NCBI GenBank assembly: GCA_012295275.1
Contig: CM022673.1
Span: 7,316,001 to 7,380,000 of the forward strand
Length of the DNA stretch: 64,000 bases
Direction: 5' to 3'
Source of the DNA: Chrysomallon squamiferum
Taxonomy: Eukaryota > Animalia > Mollusca
Shown: positions 1-13,926 of the stretch, in pieces
Position numbering within the stretch: the stretch's first letter is position 1
Layout of the letters: each line of letters opens with the position of its first letter
Notes under the pieces: generated by a model
Database searches by the model: none
What the model saw: the letters and a program-made list of their open reading frames with translations, nothing else
What the model was told of the DNA's origin: nothing
Position numbers and translations under genes: made by a program

Positions 1-125
1 ACACTACACTACACTACACTACATTGTACTACATCACACTACACTATACTACATCACGTAACACTACACTACACTACCCTACACATCATACGACACTACA
101 CTACATTATACAGCACTACTCTGTG
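1..125. repeat. (ACACT)n degenerate pentanucleotide microsatellite
   Basis: acactacactacact... visible from base 1, decaying after ~120. Confidence 0.9.
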
Positions 126-1059
126 CTACATTGCAGTGCGTATTTAAATGTTCTTGTCGGCGAAAGAGCGACTTGTGCTGAACACAGATTAACCCTGTCC
201 AAGAAGACAAATAAAGGACAAACCACAACAGACCTCCTCATCCTTAAATAAACTTAAACACGGAAATAAATTATCCAGCTACACTGTACACATGAATAAT
301 GCTCGTCGCCTTTACAACATGACTGTGAATTCTTAGTGTGCAGGGCAGAACAAAAGTGATGCATTACATAAGATGTAAAGTTAAGACAAATCCTTCAGAC
401 ACCACTTGTATCCTTCATATTCTAATACCTGTTGCACCTTTATTACATATTTTTTGATAATATTTATTCTTTATTTGCAATCTGAAAGTGGTTTTTGTTT
501 GAAGTCTGATTGTTCATAGACTAAAAACCATCAGAGTTGTGGGGTCTATTTGATTATATGAAACTGGGTGTACGTTAGTCACAGTTTAAAACAATAATTA
601 CAAAAAATATGTATAAATCATTTGGACTTCCAACGAAAGGTAAACGTTACTTTCAAGCTTGGATTCTGAAAATAGACAAAGTGAAAATATTTATTTGCAT
701 TTTTATTATAAAGCATTTCAGACAAAGCCGGTTACACAGAATAAAGATCCAGGTGTACAGACAACATAACAAAATATTAAAGGTCACAATAAAATAACTG
801 GAAATTATTACAAAAGCATTTCATATTTTGGCGGTTTTGCCAAAAAGTCAAAATAAATAAAATAAAATAAAAATTCCAAAAAACCCTGCTACGCCTAAAC
901 TATACCCAAAAAATTAAAAAGGATATTTCACGTCTGCTTATTATGATAAGTAAAGTTATACTCCGAAAATAAGCAAAATGACAATAACAAAAATATCAAT
1001 AGCAGTAAAATTAAATTAAATAAAAGTAGCGGAAACTTGTCAAAAAGAGAGTGAGAGAC

Positions 1060-1161
<102 letters not shown>

Positions 1162-1464
1162 CAATTTTATTCTTAGCTACTCGGATATGTTATAGAAAAC
1201 ATTAAGAATTTATTATTATGACCAAATACCTTAACTGTTTAAATAAACAGTTTCTTTTTTGTTTAATCTTCGAATTTCATATCTGCCTCTAACTACGATT
1301 TATTCAACAAAAAAAAAAATATATATATATTTAAAACCCCATGATTTAACAAAAGCACAACAAATATATACAACAACCTTCTGCTATCGACACGTAAGAA
1401 TTACATTTTTTGGCATGTTTCTCGTCCATCTTTTGTCTTTAGCAATACGACCATCTGCATAATG

Positions 1465-3385
1465 TCACCCGTCAAATAAATTTGCCTCGGACAGAGACTT
1501 TTTTGTACGTAAGAACAAGCCCACAGCAAGTGCATCAACGTAACACAAAATGGCTGCCACTGCAGATAATCCTATTGGCCAGTCGACTCTTCCGCCTGAG
1601 GTTTCACGCGTTGGGTATCTTGAAAGACCAGCCGATTTTTTGGCAAATACTGCTATTCCGATTACAATGGAAGTTCCTGTGGGAGAAACATTTGCGAAAA
1701 ACAAAATTTAGATATATTTTTTTATCTGTTTGACATTATTATATTTAAATACATTTTTAAATATGCAATTGTAATACAGAATGGGAAAAGAAGAACCGAA
1801 ATAACGGTAAGCAAAAAATTATAAAGGAAAAGGAATAATTAAGAAATACAGATATTTTATCAGTTAATAAAGTATATTAAGATTTATTTATATCACTTAA
1901 TGATTTTTACGTTATATATAAACTTATTTGAAGATTGCATTTCATTTCAGTAGACATTTTGTGGAGCAATCATACAATTATGAACTTAGAATGATAAAAT
2001 AACACTGTCACAAATTCGAGGTATCCCATCAACAAGCATCTGTGTGGACATCTTAGGGCGAACCCAGATGACCAAACAGAAATAGAAAGTCATAAATAAG
2101 TATTTCAGACAAGAAGATCTACATTACGTTCCCTATTTCATCTTGAAGATGTAAGTCAGTTTGACAACGTAGACAATGAGTGAAATGACGTGTTGTCAAA
2201 AGAAATATATATCCACCAATTAAATATTCTATAACCCATTATCCACAAACAATCTATTAATTTTCGTCTTTTCATACACCGATATGCAGGTCTAAATAAA
2301 TTTGACGATTTGACGATTTGACAACTTCTGAACGATGAACTTAAACTGATAATAATTAATCAGCGGAAATATATCATTTCTGTTTGACGTGAAGTCACGA
2401 GTATACAATTAATCTCCCCAAAATGTTCTTATTATATTATTGTCATACTTCATTATTAACTAAGACTGGTCAATAGAAACAAAAGGAAACAATCACTTGG
2501 CGTTGTAAAGACGTGTTAGGGTGTATCTTTGAGCCTAAATAAGTCATTCACACAACACTGCTGTACATTTCACTGACACTGCGTTCACTTTTTTCTCTCT
2601 CTCTTGTTTTTTATTGTAGGTGAATGATCAACTGTCAAAAGGAAAAAAAAAAGGAAAGACTGAATAATCTTCTCCTGCAGTGCAAAAGTTTGTTTTAACG
2701 GAATTAGATTAATGACGTGGGAATCAGACATGTTTTCTATCATTCATTTATGATTGAGTAGAATTGATTGTCTGTGGAGGTTCATGAGAGTTTATCAACG
2801 GCAACGACGAAACAACACCAACAATAGTAATAACAATAATAAAATAAAAATACCCACCCTTAGCGCACAAACTTTACTGAAACCATCTTTCTATTTATTT
2901 TTCTTTCCCCCTACATATTTGATTAATGATCATTATCATCATCATCACCAATATGAACAAGTCTGTTGTTGTAGTTGTTGTTAGAATTACCGTTGTTATA
3001 CTTTGAGACCAAATTGCTCCTTAGCACGTGCACTCACCCGCTATAGCCATGAGGCAGACGAACAGACGATATAGCACGTGGTTCGAGCTGGCCTTGAACA
3101 GACCAACGGCATACAGCGTGACAGATACGGCAATCGCAATAGCTGCAACCACTTCGAAAACCTTGGTGACCTGAATCCAAGCTGAAAAACAAAAGAAAAG
3201 ACAATAAGATCTTTTTTTTTATTTCTTCCTTAGTTTTTATTTTTTTTTATTTTTTTTTTTTTTAAAGCAGAGCAACGTTTCAGTCTCGGGGTGATTAAAA
3301 TGACACTGGATTAAATAATAAAACCAAAGAACAAGTAAAACACTTACGTGTGCTTCCAACCTTTCTATTTTGTTAGTTTTATTAT

Positions 3386-3419
<34 letters not shown>

Positions 3420-3739
3420 GTTTATTTTCCGAAAAGAATTGTTATCTTTTTGTTGTTGTTATTATTAATATTATTGTTGTTGTTGTTGTTGTTCTTGTTT
3501 ATTTTATTTTATTTATTTTGTTAATGTTATACAGATTTATTTTATTTATTTATTTAATTATTAATATTGTTAATTGTTTTCTTGTTGTTAATAAAAGCAT
3601 GGTCTTGGCAATGGTGAGAAGCTCAGTATTCAGAACGCGGCCCTTGGCTTAAAGGATCGAATGATCACTTTTTTGTTGTTTTTTGCTTTTCTTACCTATC
3701 ACCTGTTGATATAATTCGTCCATGATGTATTTGTGTGTA

Positions 3740-3779
<40 letters not shown>

Positions 3780-4635
3780 GACAAACATAAAGTATTTCTA
3801 TCTACTAACCAACATTTCATTTCTCGTAATTACATTTACAGCTCCCACAACCATCCCCCAAAAATTGTCACAGCGCTGAATCTTCACATAAAACACTCAC
3901 TTACTAGTGCTCGTATTGAATTCTGATATTGGTTTATACCCCGAATTAACGGTTATTAAAATAGGAACTATTACAACAGACTGCAGCATACATATTTATT
4001 AATGCTTTACAATTACTGTTTCGTGAGTGATGTCTAAGGAAGATTGTGTTTTCCTCCTCATTCTTGGGAGAAACGAACCCAGTATCCCTCACGTTCTGGC
4101 CCTCTGAAATAGAATACGCTCTGCAAACAGGCTGGTTTCGCGGCCCGAGTTCATAAAACACAGCACGAGATGTCGCGCTAGACAGTTTGATGGTGACCTG
4201 ATTTATTACGCGACATTTTCAAGTGGCCCGTGCTTTCACGTATTTTGTTCATTGTTCGTGCTTCTTTGATGTACCGCCCATTTCTGCATTAGTCATAAAT
4301 AAAGATGATGGATTCAAAAAGGTGTATATTTCACACATCAAACAAACGTTGCTATAAACGACTGAAATGGAGTGTTTTTCAGTGAAACCATATATTGTGA
4401 TTATTGCTAATTAAATACTCTTGAACTACAAAGTACTTAATAAAGATACGGTAGCGACTCAGTAAAGAAAAGTAAATATGCGATCATACAAGTGTTGAAT
4501 ACCAGTTGTAAAAACTCAAACTGATGTCGTAAATTATTGTATAAACCCGATACACACACACACACACACACACACACGTATATATATATATATGTGTGCA
4601 TGTGTTTGTGTGTGTGTGTGCGCGCGCATGTGTGT

Positions 4636-4687
<52 letters not shown>

Positions 4688-7478
4688 AGATAGATAGATA
4701 GACTAGAATGAAAGATGGAGCTGTAATCCTCAACTGTCACCATGTCATAATTTATTGATAACGATTAGGGGTCCAAGTCCTCTTGCTAAACGCTCTCATG
4801 TCTCTCAGCGGTGATCTCCCTCAGAGTAATAATTCATGATAAAACGTAGCTGTGCATCAAGACGATGACGTCTTTCAGTAAAAGATTACTTGAAACTTTC
4901 TGTACGACGAGGACGTATTTTGTACAAAGTGGTTCAGGAAAAGTGTTATAAAATCTTTTAATTCCCGCTATGCTTAACTGTTGTATAATGAAGATATGTT
5001 CATATGCAGTGTAATACAGTGCAGAAATTAATGTGAAATTTTATCTTCACTTTTAACTAAATACTTGTTTTTTCAGTTTATTTATTTATTTATTTATTTA
5101 TTATCATTATTATTTATACACAAATTAAAATTTGATGCAAACGGACATTGTGTTTTCTTACATAGCACTTAATTGTAAATCAAATATGTGGTATCTTAGT
5201 TACTAAGAGACTGGCTTGATGTTTCACAATTGGTCATTAAACTAGTCGTGCAAAAATAATCATCAATAGTAAGCCCATGGGAAATTTCCCGCAACTGATT
5301 ATTGCATAGCAAAAACAAGTTCTCTCAGGCAACGTTTGTGGAATAGTAATTGTATATCAATTAGATTATGAAACTCCAAATCGTATATCTGTAATACTGA
5401 ACAATTACTGCATCTGATTTATCAAACGTTTAAATCTGAGTCCTAGAAGTACTATGTTTTGTGTACAGATATCTTGAAGAAAAAAAAAAAATAAAATAAA
5501 AGCTACGAAAATTAAACCACAATGCCTTTTAGTTCATTTTGTTTTTATTATAGGTTTATTTTAATTTCTTTTTATATACTGTCCATGATGATGATTTTCT
5601 TTGATGTTTAAACGTATGGTGCTAATCTGAAAACACCATGTTGATTTCACATCAATGTAAATATATCCCTGTTAATTCAAATTCAGTTTGCCTGCTGTTT
5701 GATGTGTGTTCAGTCTGTTTGTTCTACCTTTGGACCGAATGAACAGATCTAAACAATGTCAACAAATTATTTTAAACCTATTAGCGTATTCCGATATATA
5801 GATACACTGTTAAGGCCCCAAGACATAACTAGAGAGGCAACACGCTGCCTTTATGAAACCATATTTTTCGGTTAGGAACGAAAAATGTTTGACATGCATC
5901 TTAATGATAGCTTCTATCACGGCGTTTTTGATAACGCTGTCGCATAGCACTAGCGGCAAACCTTACCGTTAGACCTAGGGCCAGACTTCAGAGGGGTGCG
6001 CTACTGACCTTTAAGGGTTTCAGTTTACACCCCTTTTTGTTTTAAGAAAAGGAAAAAACAAACCAGCAATAATTCACTGTTCATAGGGGTCTATCAGTGC
6101 ATGAAATTTATATGTGTTTTAAATCTAAATAATTTATGTTGCATTTTTTTTTTTTTTTTTTTTTTTAGACTTTGCATGTCTAAAACTGACAGCTGAAACC
6201 AAAAAAAAAAAAAAAAACGTGTTTGTATATCTGTAATTTCCATTCGCACTCTCGTAAACGAGACCAGTTGGTTTATTTTGCACTGCAAACCACTTATAGT
6301 GTCACGTTAATGCCCATTTGCACCAAAGAGTCAGGTAACACGGTCACTGCCATATTAATGGATGCTGGTGCTGTTGGCTTTTAATACTGGTGCTGTTGGC
6401 ATCTTATGGTATTTATTCTCTCAATTTAAAATACATTTAGCAGTTTCATGCAGTATTTCTTCTACAAAACATTTTTGAAAAAATCAAATCTGCAGTCTCC
6501 GGGTAGCTGGAGTTGCACATGGTGCAAATAGCCTGGCACCTGTCCTGCTTGTACTGTCATAATGGAGAAACCATCACTGGGGATCAAATCGTTTCTTTAT
6601 ATTCTTGGCCGGAAAATTTGTTAAATAGAGAATTGTTAAACAAATATATTTACTAATCTTATTTGTGTAGTCATTTTTATTTACTTATCTGTGTGCATGT
6701 TTTTGCATTTTGTGTTGTTGTTTTTTAAATGATCAATTTTATGTTTATCTATTTCGTTAAAGGTGCTGTAATATCTTCACAATAAATTTCATTTATTCAT
6801 TCATTCAACCTAAAACAAACAAACAAACAGATATTATTATGCAGAATGCTATGCAGTCCACTTTTAACATGTCGAAAATAAAAATTTTGTTTAAGAATCA
6901 GTTTATGAACACTATTTCATTAGAAAAAAGTTTCACACATCTTGAAATAACTGTCATCTCAACCTTCTCAGGAAAAGAATAAAGTTCATGATGTCGTAAT
7001 AACGTGTTATGTCATTTATACTGTTTATTAAACAAAACACCTGGAGAGATTAGTTTATAAAGTGGTTTCCTTAAGTGTTAAAAAAGCGTGCACTAAATGA
7101 TAAAGACATTGATTTAATTTTAAAATCGTACTCTACAGTTACAATTTACTCAAAAGATTAACGCAAACTAAATAAAATAAAAATAAAAATAACATGAAAT
7201 AAACAACTGTAAGAGAGAAAAAAAAAATCATATTTCGTGAATCCTGAGTATTGGAACCGACTCTACAATTTACTCCAAAACGTTTGCATAAAATAAAAAT
7301 AAAATAAAATAAAATAAAATAAAATAAAATAAAATAAAATAAAATAAAATAAAAAATAAATAAATAGTTCCAATTAAAAGTTGTGCATGTGTATTTTTCG
7401 ATAATTAATTAACAGTTATTTTAAAATAATGGAAGTGTAAAACAGTTCAGATAAGAAATTAACTTAAAGATAATGTAT

Positions 7479-7509
<31 letters not shown>

Positions 7510-8156
7510 TTTTAATATAATTCTTTAACGCCAGTAATAAAGTTCCTTATTGATATCAATAACAACAATTGTTTTCATTGTCGTCGTCGTCGTCGTAGTA
7601 GTAGTAGTAGTAACAGAAGGAAATGGAGGAGAAAGAGGATTAGGACTATATAAATAAAAAAAAATCTAAATTTTCTCTGTTAGAATACGAAAAGAAGGCA
7701 ACCCCTGCTGCTGTCACAGAGGATACCCTTTTACAGTATCAGCAAGAAAATGTCACTACAGAGATATCTGTGCATCCCACGGTTTTAATAATGTGTGGAC
7801 CTTAGGAAGATGATTTCTTGTAAACCATTGTTCCTCAGGTGGGCACTAAATTTTGTTTCTGCGGTTTTATAGATAATAATTATAGACAAAAACATCTCCA
7901 TATCTGATACTATTTTAACTTAACCAGAACAACAGTAATATGAATTTTATTTCATTTCATTTTTCATTCATTCATTCATTCATTTTTTTTTCTCCGTTCA
8001 TGTTCACGAATGTCACTTTGCGGGAAAAATAACATGGAAAAGAATCTCTAGCATCTTATAATTTAAATTTTGATAAAGTAACACGATAATTTTATTAATT
8101 ACTTATCTTCATATTATGTTTATACTTCTTAATAGTTACTCTCTCTCTCTTTCTTT

Positions 8157-8243
<87 letters not shown>

Positions 8244-8568
8244 TGTATAAAATATTTAAAAATGTGAATTCTGATTTCAAAATTGTAATTCGGTAATAAG
8301 TTTATGCTGCCTCTGAATTTTGTTCATGCTTCAATACAAAATGAAAATATTAGAAATAAATGAACTTACCGTTTTCCCCTGAGGCATCGGTTTCTTTTTC
8401 TCTACAAATGCCATGCTCACAAACTATAGTTGTCCAAATTCCATAATAAACTGTGCGGTTTTCTCCGGACGAACCCACCACCCACCAGCCTGGAACCAAC
8501 AATCCACCCAGTTGACACGCTAGGGCAATAGACCCTAGAACTACCGCTGTAAAGTCGATTGAAAACAT
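1465..8568 (-). CDS. Claudin/PMP22/EMP-family tetraspan membrane protein, paralog 1 (3 exons, 184 aa)
   Basis: Exons on minus: 8568-8370 (MFSIDFTAVVLGSIALACQLGGLLVPGWWVVG...YYGIWTTIVCEHGIC...), 3181-3038 (AWIQVTKVFEVVAAIAIAVSVTLYAVGLFKASSNHVLYRLFVCLMAIA) and 1676-1465 (GTSIVIGIAVFAKK...DWPIGLSAVAAILCYVDALAVGLFL...FDG*). Both introns are GT-AG, phase 1; the 555 nt joined CDS is in frame. It has the claudin signature W...G(L/I)W...C...C in loop 1 and four hydrophobic segments. Exon 2 is absent from the ORF track. Confidence 0.9.
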
Positions 8569-8903
8569 AAGTCCCCTGTCTGGCTTTGTGTCCCCCTATA
8601 CGGTATTTGTGGTTTTGTGATCTCGTTTTAACTTCTTCTTTCGTAATCCGCAATAAACACAATTTTAAGAAAACTTGAAATCCGTCATCTTTGCGATCGA
8701 ACTAAAGAATACCAGTCTTTTTTTTTCTTCTTCTTTTTGTCCCCCAGAAGTTTCTGTTCTTGTTCTTCTTTTCTCTTTTCCTGTTGCTAATGTTTACTAT
8801 TCTCCAATGAATGAATTAAAAAAAAAAAAAAAAAATGCATATAAATACTTATCAACTTATTTTTCAGTGATTCTCCTTAATTATAAAGTGATTTTTTTCT
8901 TCT

Positions 8904-8937
<34 letters not shown>

Positions 8938-9019
8938 CCCCCTTCACAACGACGTTTTGTTTCGTCTGGTCACGCAGACGATTTGTAAATATCAAGTATA
9001 AGAAAAAGGTCACACGTTG

Positions 9020-9270
9020 AGTTAACCAGACGTGACAACAAGGCGCAAGAAGAAATAAACAACAGCGAGGATGTGTGGAACTGCTTGGAGGAAATACGTC
9101 TGCCTACCGCTGAGACCCGCCAATGAACGGAGTTTTAACGCCAGGCTTAGACAGTCGGTAATAAGATTACCTGCCAGCAGCTTAAATTTATATCTTCCGT
9201 GGATATGGATTCACGAAATGTGATTTGCTCTCTTGCAGCTGTAACGGCTGTTGACGTGACAAAGGTTTAA
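9020..9270 (-). promoter_or_regulatory. Putative upstream regulatory region of claudin-like paralog 1
   Basis: GC/CpG-richer island upstream of the ATG, with GACGTGAC twice (~9030, ~9254), CCAAT (~9120) and E-box CAGCTG (~9236). A similar motif pair lies upstream of paralog 2. Confidence 0.35.
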
Positions 9271-9737
9271 ATGATATCCAGAAATTTGAGAAGCGACTTA
9301 ACTTAGTTTTGTTGATGTTTTATTTATTTATTTAGTTATTTAGTTAGTTAGTTAGTTTAGATTAGTTTAGATTAGATTCGTTTAGTTTAGTTTATAATGT
9401 GTATGTGTATATGTATATATATATATATACATATATTGATATATTAGTTTGTTATTTATTTAGCCCTTATCAACGTTGTTTCCTTTTTGTCCCATTCCAA
9501 ATCTGTCCCCTTCAGTGTGGTTTTCTATTTACAATATATCTAACTATCCCTATGTCCATGTATCTAAACAATATATACGTTTTACACAGCAATATTTAAT
9601 AACGTTTACTATTTACTAACAACTACAACAATAATATATAATTTTGTGTAATTTATTTCCATCATCATTACTGATTTACACTTTAATATCCATAATGTAT
9701 CAGAACCTTAGTAATACTAGTTATAAATTTGTACTAT

Positions 9738-9803
<66 letters not shown>

Positions 9804-10285
9804 CAACAACAACAACAAAAAAAAAAAAAAAAAACGACTACAACAGTAATAATATAAAATATTGGGTAATTTATTAACGTCATCACTGATTTTACACGTT
9901 AATATGTCTACTGTGATACAATCACAACGATAAAAAAAAAAAATGTATAAATTTAATACCAGATCTGGTCTGTGAAGTCGGATCTCATCGCTTCGTAGCT
10001 TAAGTTCTGATTTAAGAGAGCACGAAAGTGACTTGTAGCTGAACCCGCTTAACCAAGTGTGGTCTGGTCACAACTCTGACAGTTAATGACCACAGACAAA
10101 ACAATGACCATGTTCATGGCCGTGGTTCCCAGGGGTTAATGTTGTATTTTTGATACTAGCACCACACCCATCTTGTCTTGTTCACTCACATTTTACTGAC
10201 AGAAGTAAAGCACTAGGTCAGGGTTTCAAGTAGTAACATCAAAGAAATGGTGATGTTGTTACTATTGTTGTTACTGTCTCTGTCG

Positions 10286-10322
<37 letters not shown>

Positions 10323-10935
10323 CTTTGCCGTTGTTGTTGTCATTATTATTGTTGTTGTTGTTGTTATCGTTATATTCGTCATTATTATTTTATTTAATAA
10401 AGCACTTAGTGTTATGGATTATAGTCACCAATAGCGAATAACTGTGAATAGAGGGAAACCCTGTCGCTCTACAGTGATGTTTCTTCTTTCTTGATTATTC
10501 TCGAAACCTTATTAGGTATCTTTCCATGTAGCTGAAAACTAAACCAGCCATACCGTAATAATATGGGTTATGCATAGAAAATGGATTTTGATAAAAGAAG
10601 GTGTTCTCTGTATACTAACATCTGTTTAGGAACTAGTATGAAATACCTATCGAATGTTTCCAAAGCCTTTTTTTTCTTCTTCTTCTTCTTATTTTTTTTT
10701 TTTAAATTTATTATTATTTTTAAAAATTATTACTACTAGTATAACTGCTACTGATAACGGTTTTGCTTTTACCAATAACTGCTATAACTACCATCATTAC
10801 CGATATTATTACAACTGCTACTACTTCTCTTTTTTTTTTTTTTTTTTTTTTTTGCTACGGCTAATAATAACAAGAACAACAAGAACAAAAGCAACAATAA
10901 TTATATTTATTTATTTATTTATTTATTTATTTATA

Positions 10936-10993
<58 letters not shown>

Positions 10994-11430
10994 TGATTTT
11001 TTTTTTTTTTGCTGTTTTGGTTTTTTTTTGTTTTTTTTTTTTGTATTATTCCCATTATTACTTAGTTACCTTTAAAATGCCTACTGTATTAATATCAAAA
11101 ATTGAATAAATTTAATATCAGATCTGGTTTGTGAAGACAGTTCTCCATTGATTGTAATTCAACACTGGAATAAAATAAACACATATCTAGACCAGTCGTG
11201 TGCCTTCCTAGATGACTCGCCTAATTTTACGAGTAAAATAACGTTTTTTTTATAATTTTTATTTATTTTTATTTTTATGTTTATTTATTTTTTTTTTTTT
11301 TTTTATTAGTAGTGCAGTCCGCCTGATGATGAGCCATGTTGTCTTCAGAGGTCCTCTTTTTCAGGAAAGTTTGCCCACATCTGATCTAGATTACTTGTTC
11401 GAAGTATAGAATAAAATATACACTTTGAAT

Positions 11431-11669
11431 TAATACTCATAAACCTGTGGTCGCGACCTAGTTGAGGATCGCGAGGCTTTTCCCGAGGACCGCTGGATGT
11501 CTCGTGAAAAAGGCAAATTTATGATAATAATACAAATTAAATAAAACTGCATAATATTATAAATAAATTTTATAATTATGTCAAAATGATTGATAAACAA
11601 CATTAAATGTATCCTCATTTTCCCAAGCCAAAACTATATTTCGGGTCGCAGTAAGTTCGAAAACCATTG
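11431..11669. mobile_element. hAT (Charlie-like) MITE remnant in the inverted unit
   Basis: Ends taatactcataaacctgtggtcgcgacc ... gggtcgcagtaagttcgaaaaccattg; reverse complement of the element at 18284-18498. Confidence 0.65.
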
Positions 11670-12581
11670 CTTTAAATCAGTTTAAGCACCGTTGTCGAAA
11701 TTTTTATTAAAATATTAAACCATTTTATTATGTACACCAGTCACAGGGTACAGTTATGATCACCTTATGGTTTTATTTTAATGGCTTTAATCAGTTTTAT
11801 ATCTGGACCACATTAATGGATATTTGTATTAGTTTAATGGTCCAGTGATAGTAATGTATTTGACGGCGTGACTAAAATAAACAAGCGATGACATAGTTAC
11901 GTCACAAGGGACATAACTCGCAAAATGTCTGTGCACGTCAACCACAAAATCTAGTTCTGGAGGAAATATTATTATTATTATTATTATTTTTATTATTGTG
12001 TGTGTGTGTAATTTTTCTGTGATGTGTTTATCACACAACGAGACAGATAGATGGCTGGATGATAAAAAAAATAATAATAAAAAATAAATTTAAAAAAAAA
12101 AAAAAAACATTACTTTCACATATGTTCTATACATAATGAAATCTACCATGGTTACGTTAACCGCAAAAGTTTCCGGAAAATGTTTTGTTATTTTTTTTTT
12201 TTTTTTTTCTTACTAGGGAAACTCATTGAACCAATTCAGTCGTGTTGTCGTTGTTACCTATGTTGTTGTGATTCATCTAATGGTATTATTACTTAGACCA
12301 ACAATCAAACGCTGCTTCTTACAGTATGTCAGATTGTTATATATAAAAAAAAAAAAATTCCTCAAACGATTAATTTTATGAATTTATTTTACTTTATTTA
12401 TTTTTATTATTACGTTATTTGTCTTTTTTCCTTCATCAATTATTCACTGCAAACTTATTACCTTTTATGGTAATGGCTGTTTCTTGATGAGAGCTGTCAT
12501 TCACATTGCGCATTACGACAATTTTATTATACAATAAGCTCAACTCTGTGGATAATCATTGACGTCTTGTTGAAGAATCAT

Positions 12582-13204
12582 ATGATATTTCCAGCTTGGG
12601 ATGAATCGCACTCTGCTATCACGATGCAGTCATTTGATAAGACAGACAACATAGTCCCAGACGAGTACAAAAACATGACCGAAATGGAAGAAGAAGATCA
12701 ACCTGGTCTAGAGGATCTTACAAATTTTATCGGTAAGTTTGATTCCTCTTACTATAGAACTACTGTTATTAGCATTACTGTTACTACAAATACTTTCACT
12801 ATTGCTGCGGCTGTTCATACATCTACTATTACGTTTATGACTAACACTAGTATTAGCATAACGATTACCAATACTACTGCTGCTGCTGCTGCTGTTGCTG
12901 TTGCTACTATTGCTACAACCACAACCACAACGATAGTTTTAATCTCACTTATTTATTTCATTATCTTTTCTTTTTTTTATATTATAGTCCTTATCTGTAG
13001 CCGTTTTTAGTTATGTGTTTTATCTATTTAATCTAACATACATTTGACATTTTTTTTAATTCTACAGATTCATTTGATTTCATCAACATAAGCGTTAACA
13101 ATGGTCTGATATCCACAAGAGAATTTGATACGTTTTTGAACGAGATTTTGTCTGCATATGACGATGAAGCACAACAAAAGTACTACAAGGCAAATCAAAT
13201 ATGA
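12582..13204 (+). CDS. Array gene copy 0: unrecognised acidic protein, 2 exons, 95 aa; lacks the first 10 aa and the TATA/CCAAT segment
   Basis: Exon 1 12582-12732 (MIFPAWDESHSAITMQSFDKTDNIVPDEYKNMTEMEEEDQPGLEDLTNFI; donor G|GTAAGT). Exon 2 13068-13204 (acceptor ttttaattctacag|; DSFDFINISVNNGLISTREFDTFLNEILSAYDDEAQQKYYKANQI*). Phase-1 join is in frame. Confidence 0.55.
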
Positions 13205-13376
13205 TAGCGCTTTTGACATGGAAATATCGCAAAGTGTTCTTGCAGACACAGAATTTTATTACTATAACAAAGATTTGGCTTCTGCTTCACAAGGCGATCA
13301 GTTTGGTCACAGATTACAAGAAGAAGTTTGCGATCTCTTCCAGATGGTAACTGATCAGGAAGTCCAGAAAACGTAG
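13158..13376 (+). CDS. Overlapping +1-frame ORF2 of copy 0 (72 aa, acidic); coding status uncertain
   Basis: MTMKHNKSTTRQIKYDSAFDMEISQSVLADTEFYYY...QKT*; overlaps the last 47 nt of exon 2 and recurs in the tandem units. Confidence 0.3.
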   Translation: MTMKHNKSTTRQIKYDSAFDMEISQSVLADTEFYYYNKDLASASQGDQFGHRLQEEVCDLFQMVTDQEVQKT

Positions 13377-13574
13377 CTGACAACAGCTAACACAGCGAAT
13401 TCTTTGAAAACGTAGGCGATCGTGATTTTCAGAACGAATTCGGTTTTGTTTTTCAGAACGCAGCCTAACATGTGTTTATAAGTGTTTGACATTTGAATAA
13501 GTGTTATATGTGTCCTATAAAAAAAATAATAATAATACAAAATAAAACTGCATATATATCATTCGGTTTCTGTA

Positions 13575-13620
13575 AATAAATTTACAACAACAGCTTTTCT
13601 TTGTGTTTTTTGTTTCATTT
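13575..13620 (+). terminator. Putative poly(A) signal AATAAA with downstream U/GU-rich tract for the array gene
   Basis: gtaAATAAAtttacaac...ctttgtgttttttgtttc; the same block occurs in reverse complement in every minus unit (e.g. ~16200-16235, ~20140-20175). Confidence 0.45.
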
Positions 13621-13926
13621 CATTTGGGTTTTTTAAATTAATTATTCACTTCTTTTCTCTTTCATTCTTTCTTTGTTTCTTCAGATCTTAATAAAATGTT
13701 ACTTTCTTCAATAAATGTATTGGTTGCTATATATATATATACATGGATTATAGACAAACAGAATATTAATATTTTAATGAAGGTAAATGAGTACAGTAAA
13801 ATGAAATAACTATATATATATGGGGTTCCAACTACGAAAATTAAAAAACAAAACAAAAAAACAAAAAAAAAAAACAATTTGAAATAGAAAAAGATAAAAT
13901 ATCTTGCAGGCAATGTATTCAAAATA

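Larger units (their letters stand above)
11040..13720 (+). repeat. Inverted (plus-strand), more diverged copy of the array unit (copy 0)
   Basis: Module-by-module reverse complement of the 16-43 kb units. Its left end (11041-11087, 11195-11245) matches 43010-43110 in reverse complement. Confidence 0.9.

Noticed and set aside
6220-6620. Possible BED-finger/hAT transposase fragment (minus-strand QAICTMC)
   Set aside because: Only a CxxC amid stop codons; insufficient support.
7690-7790. Resemblance to a gastropod SINE core (also ~10440-10530)
   Set aside because: Too degenerate to call from memory without a repeat library.
12733-13010. Read-through of exon 1 into a T/A/I-rich hydrophobic tail (147 aa ORF)
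   Set aside because: It runs past a perfect GTAAGT donor into low-complexity intron; most other copies stop a few codons after the donor.
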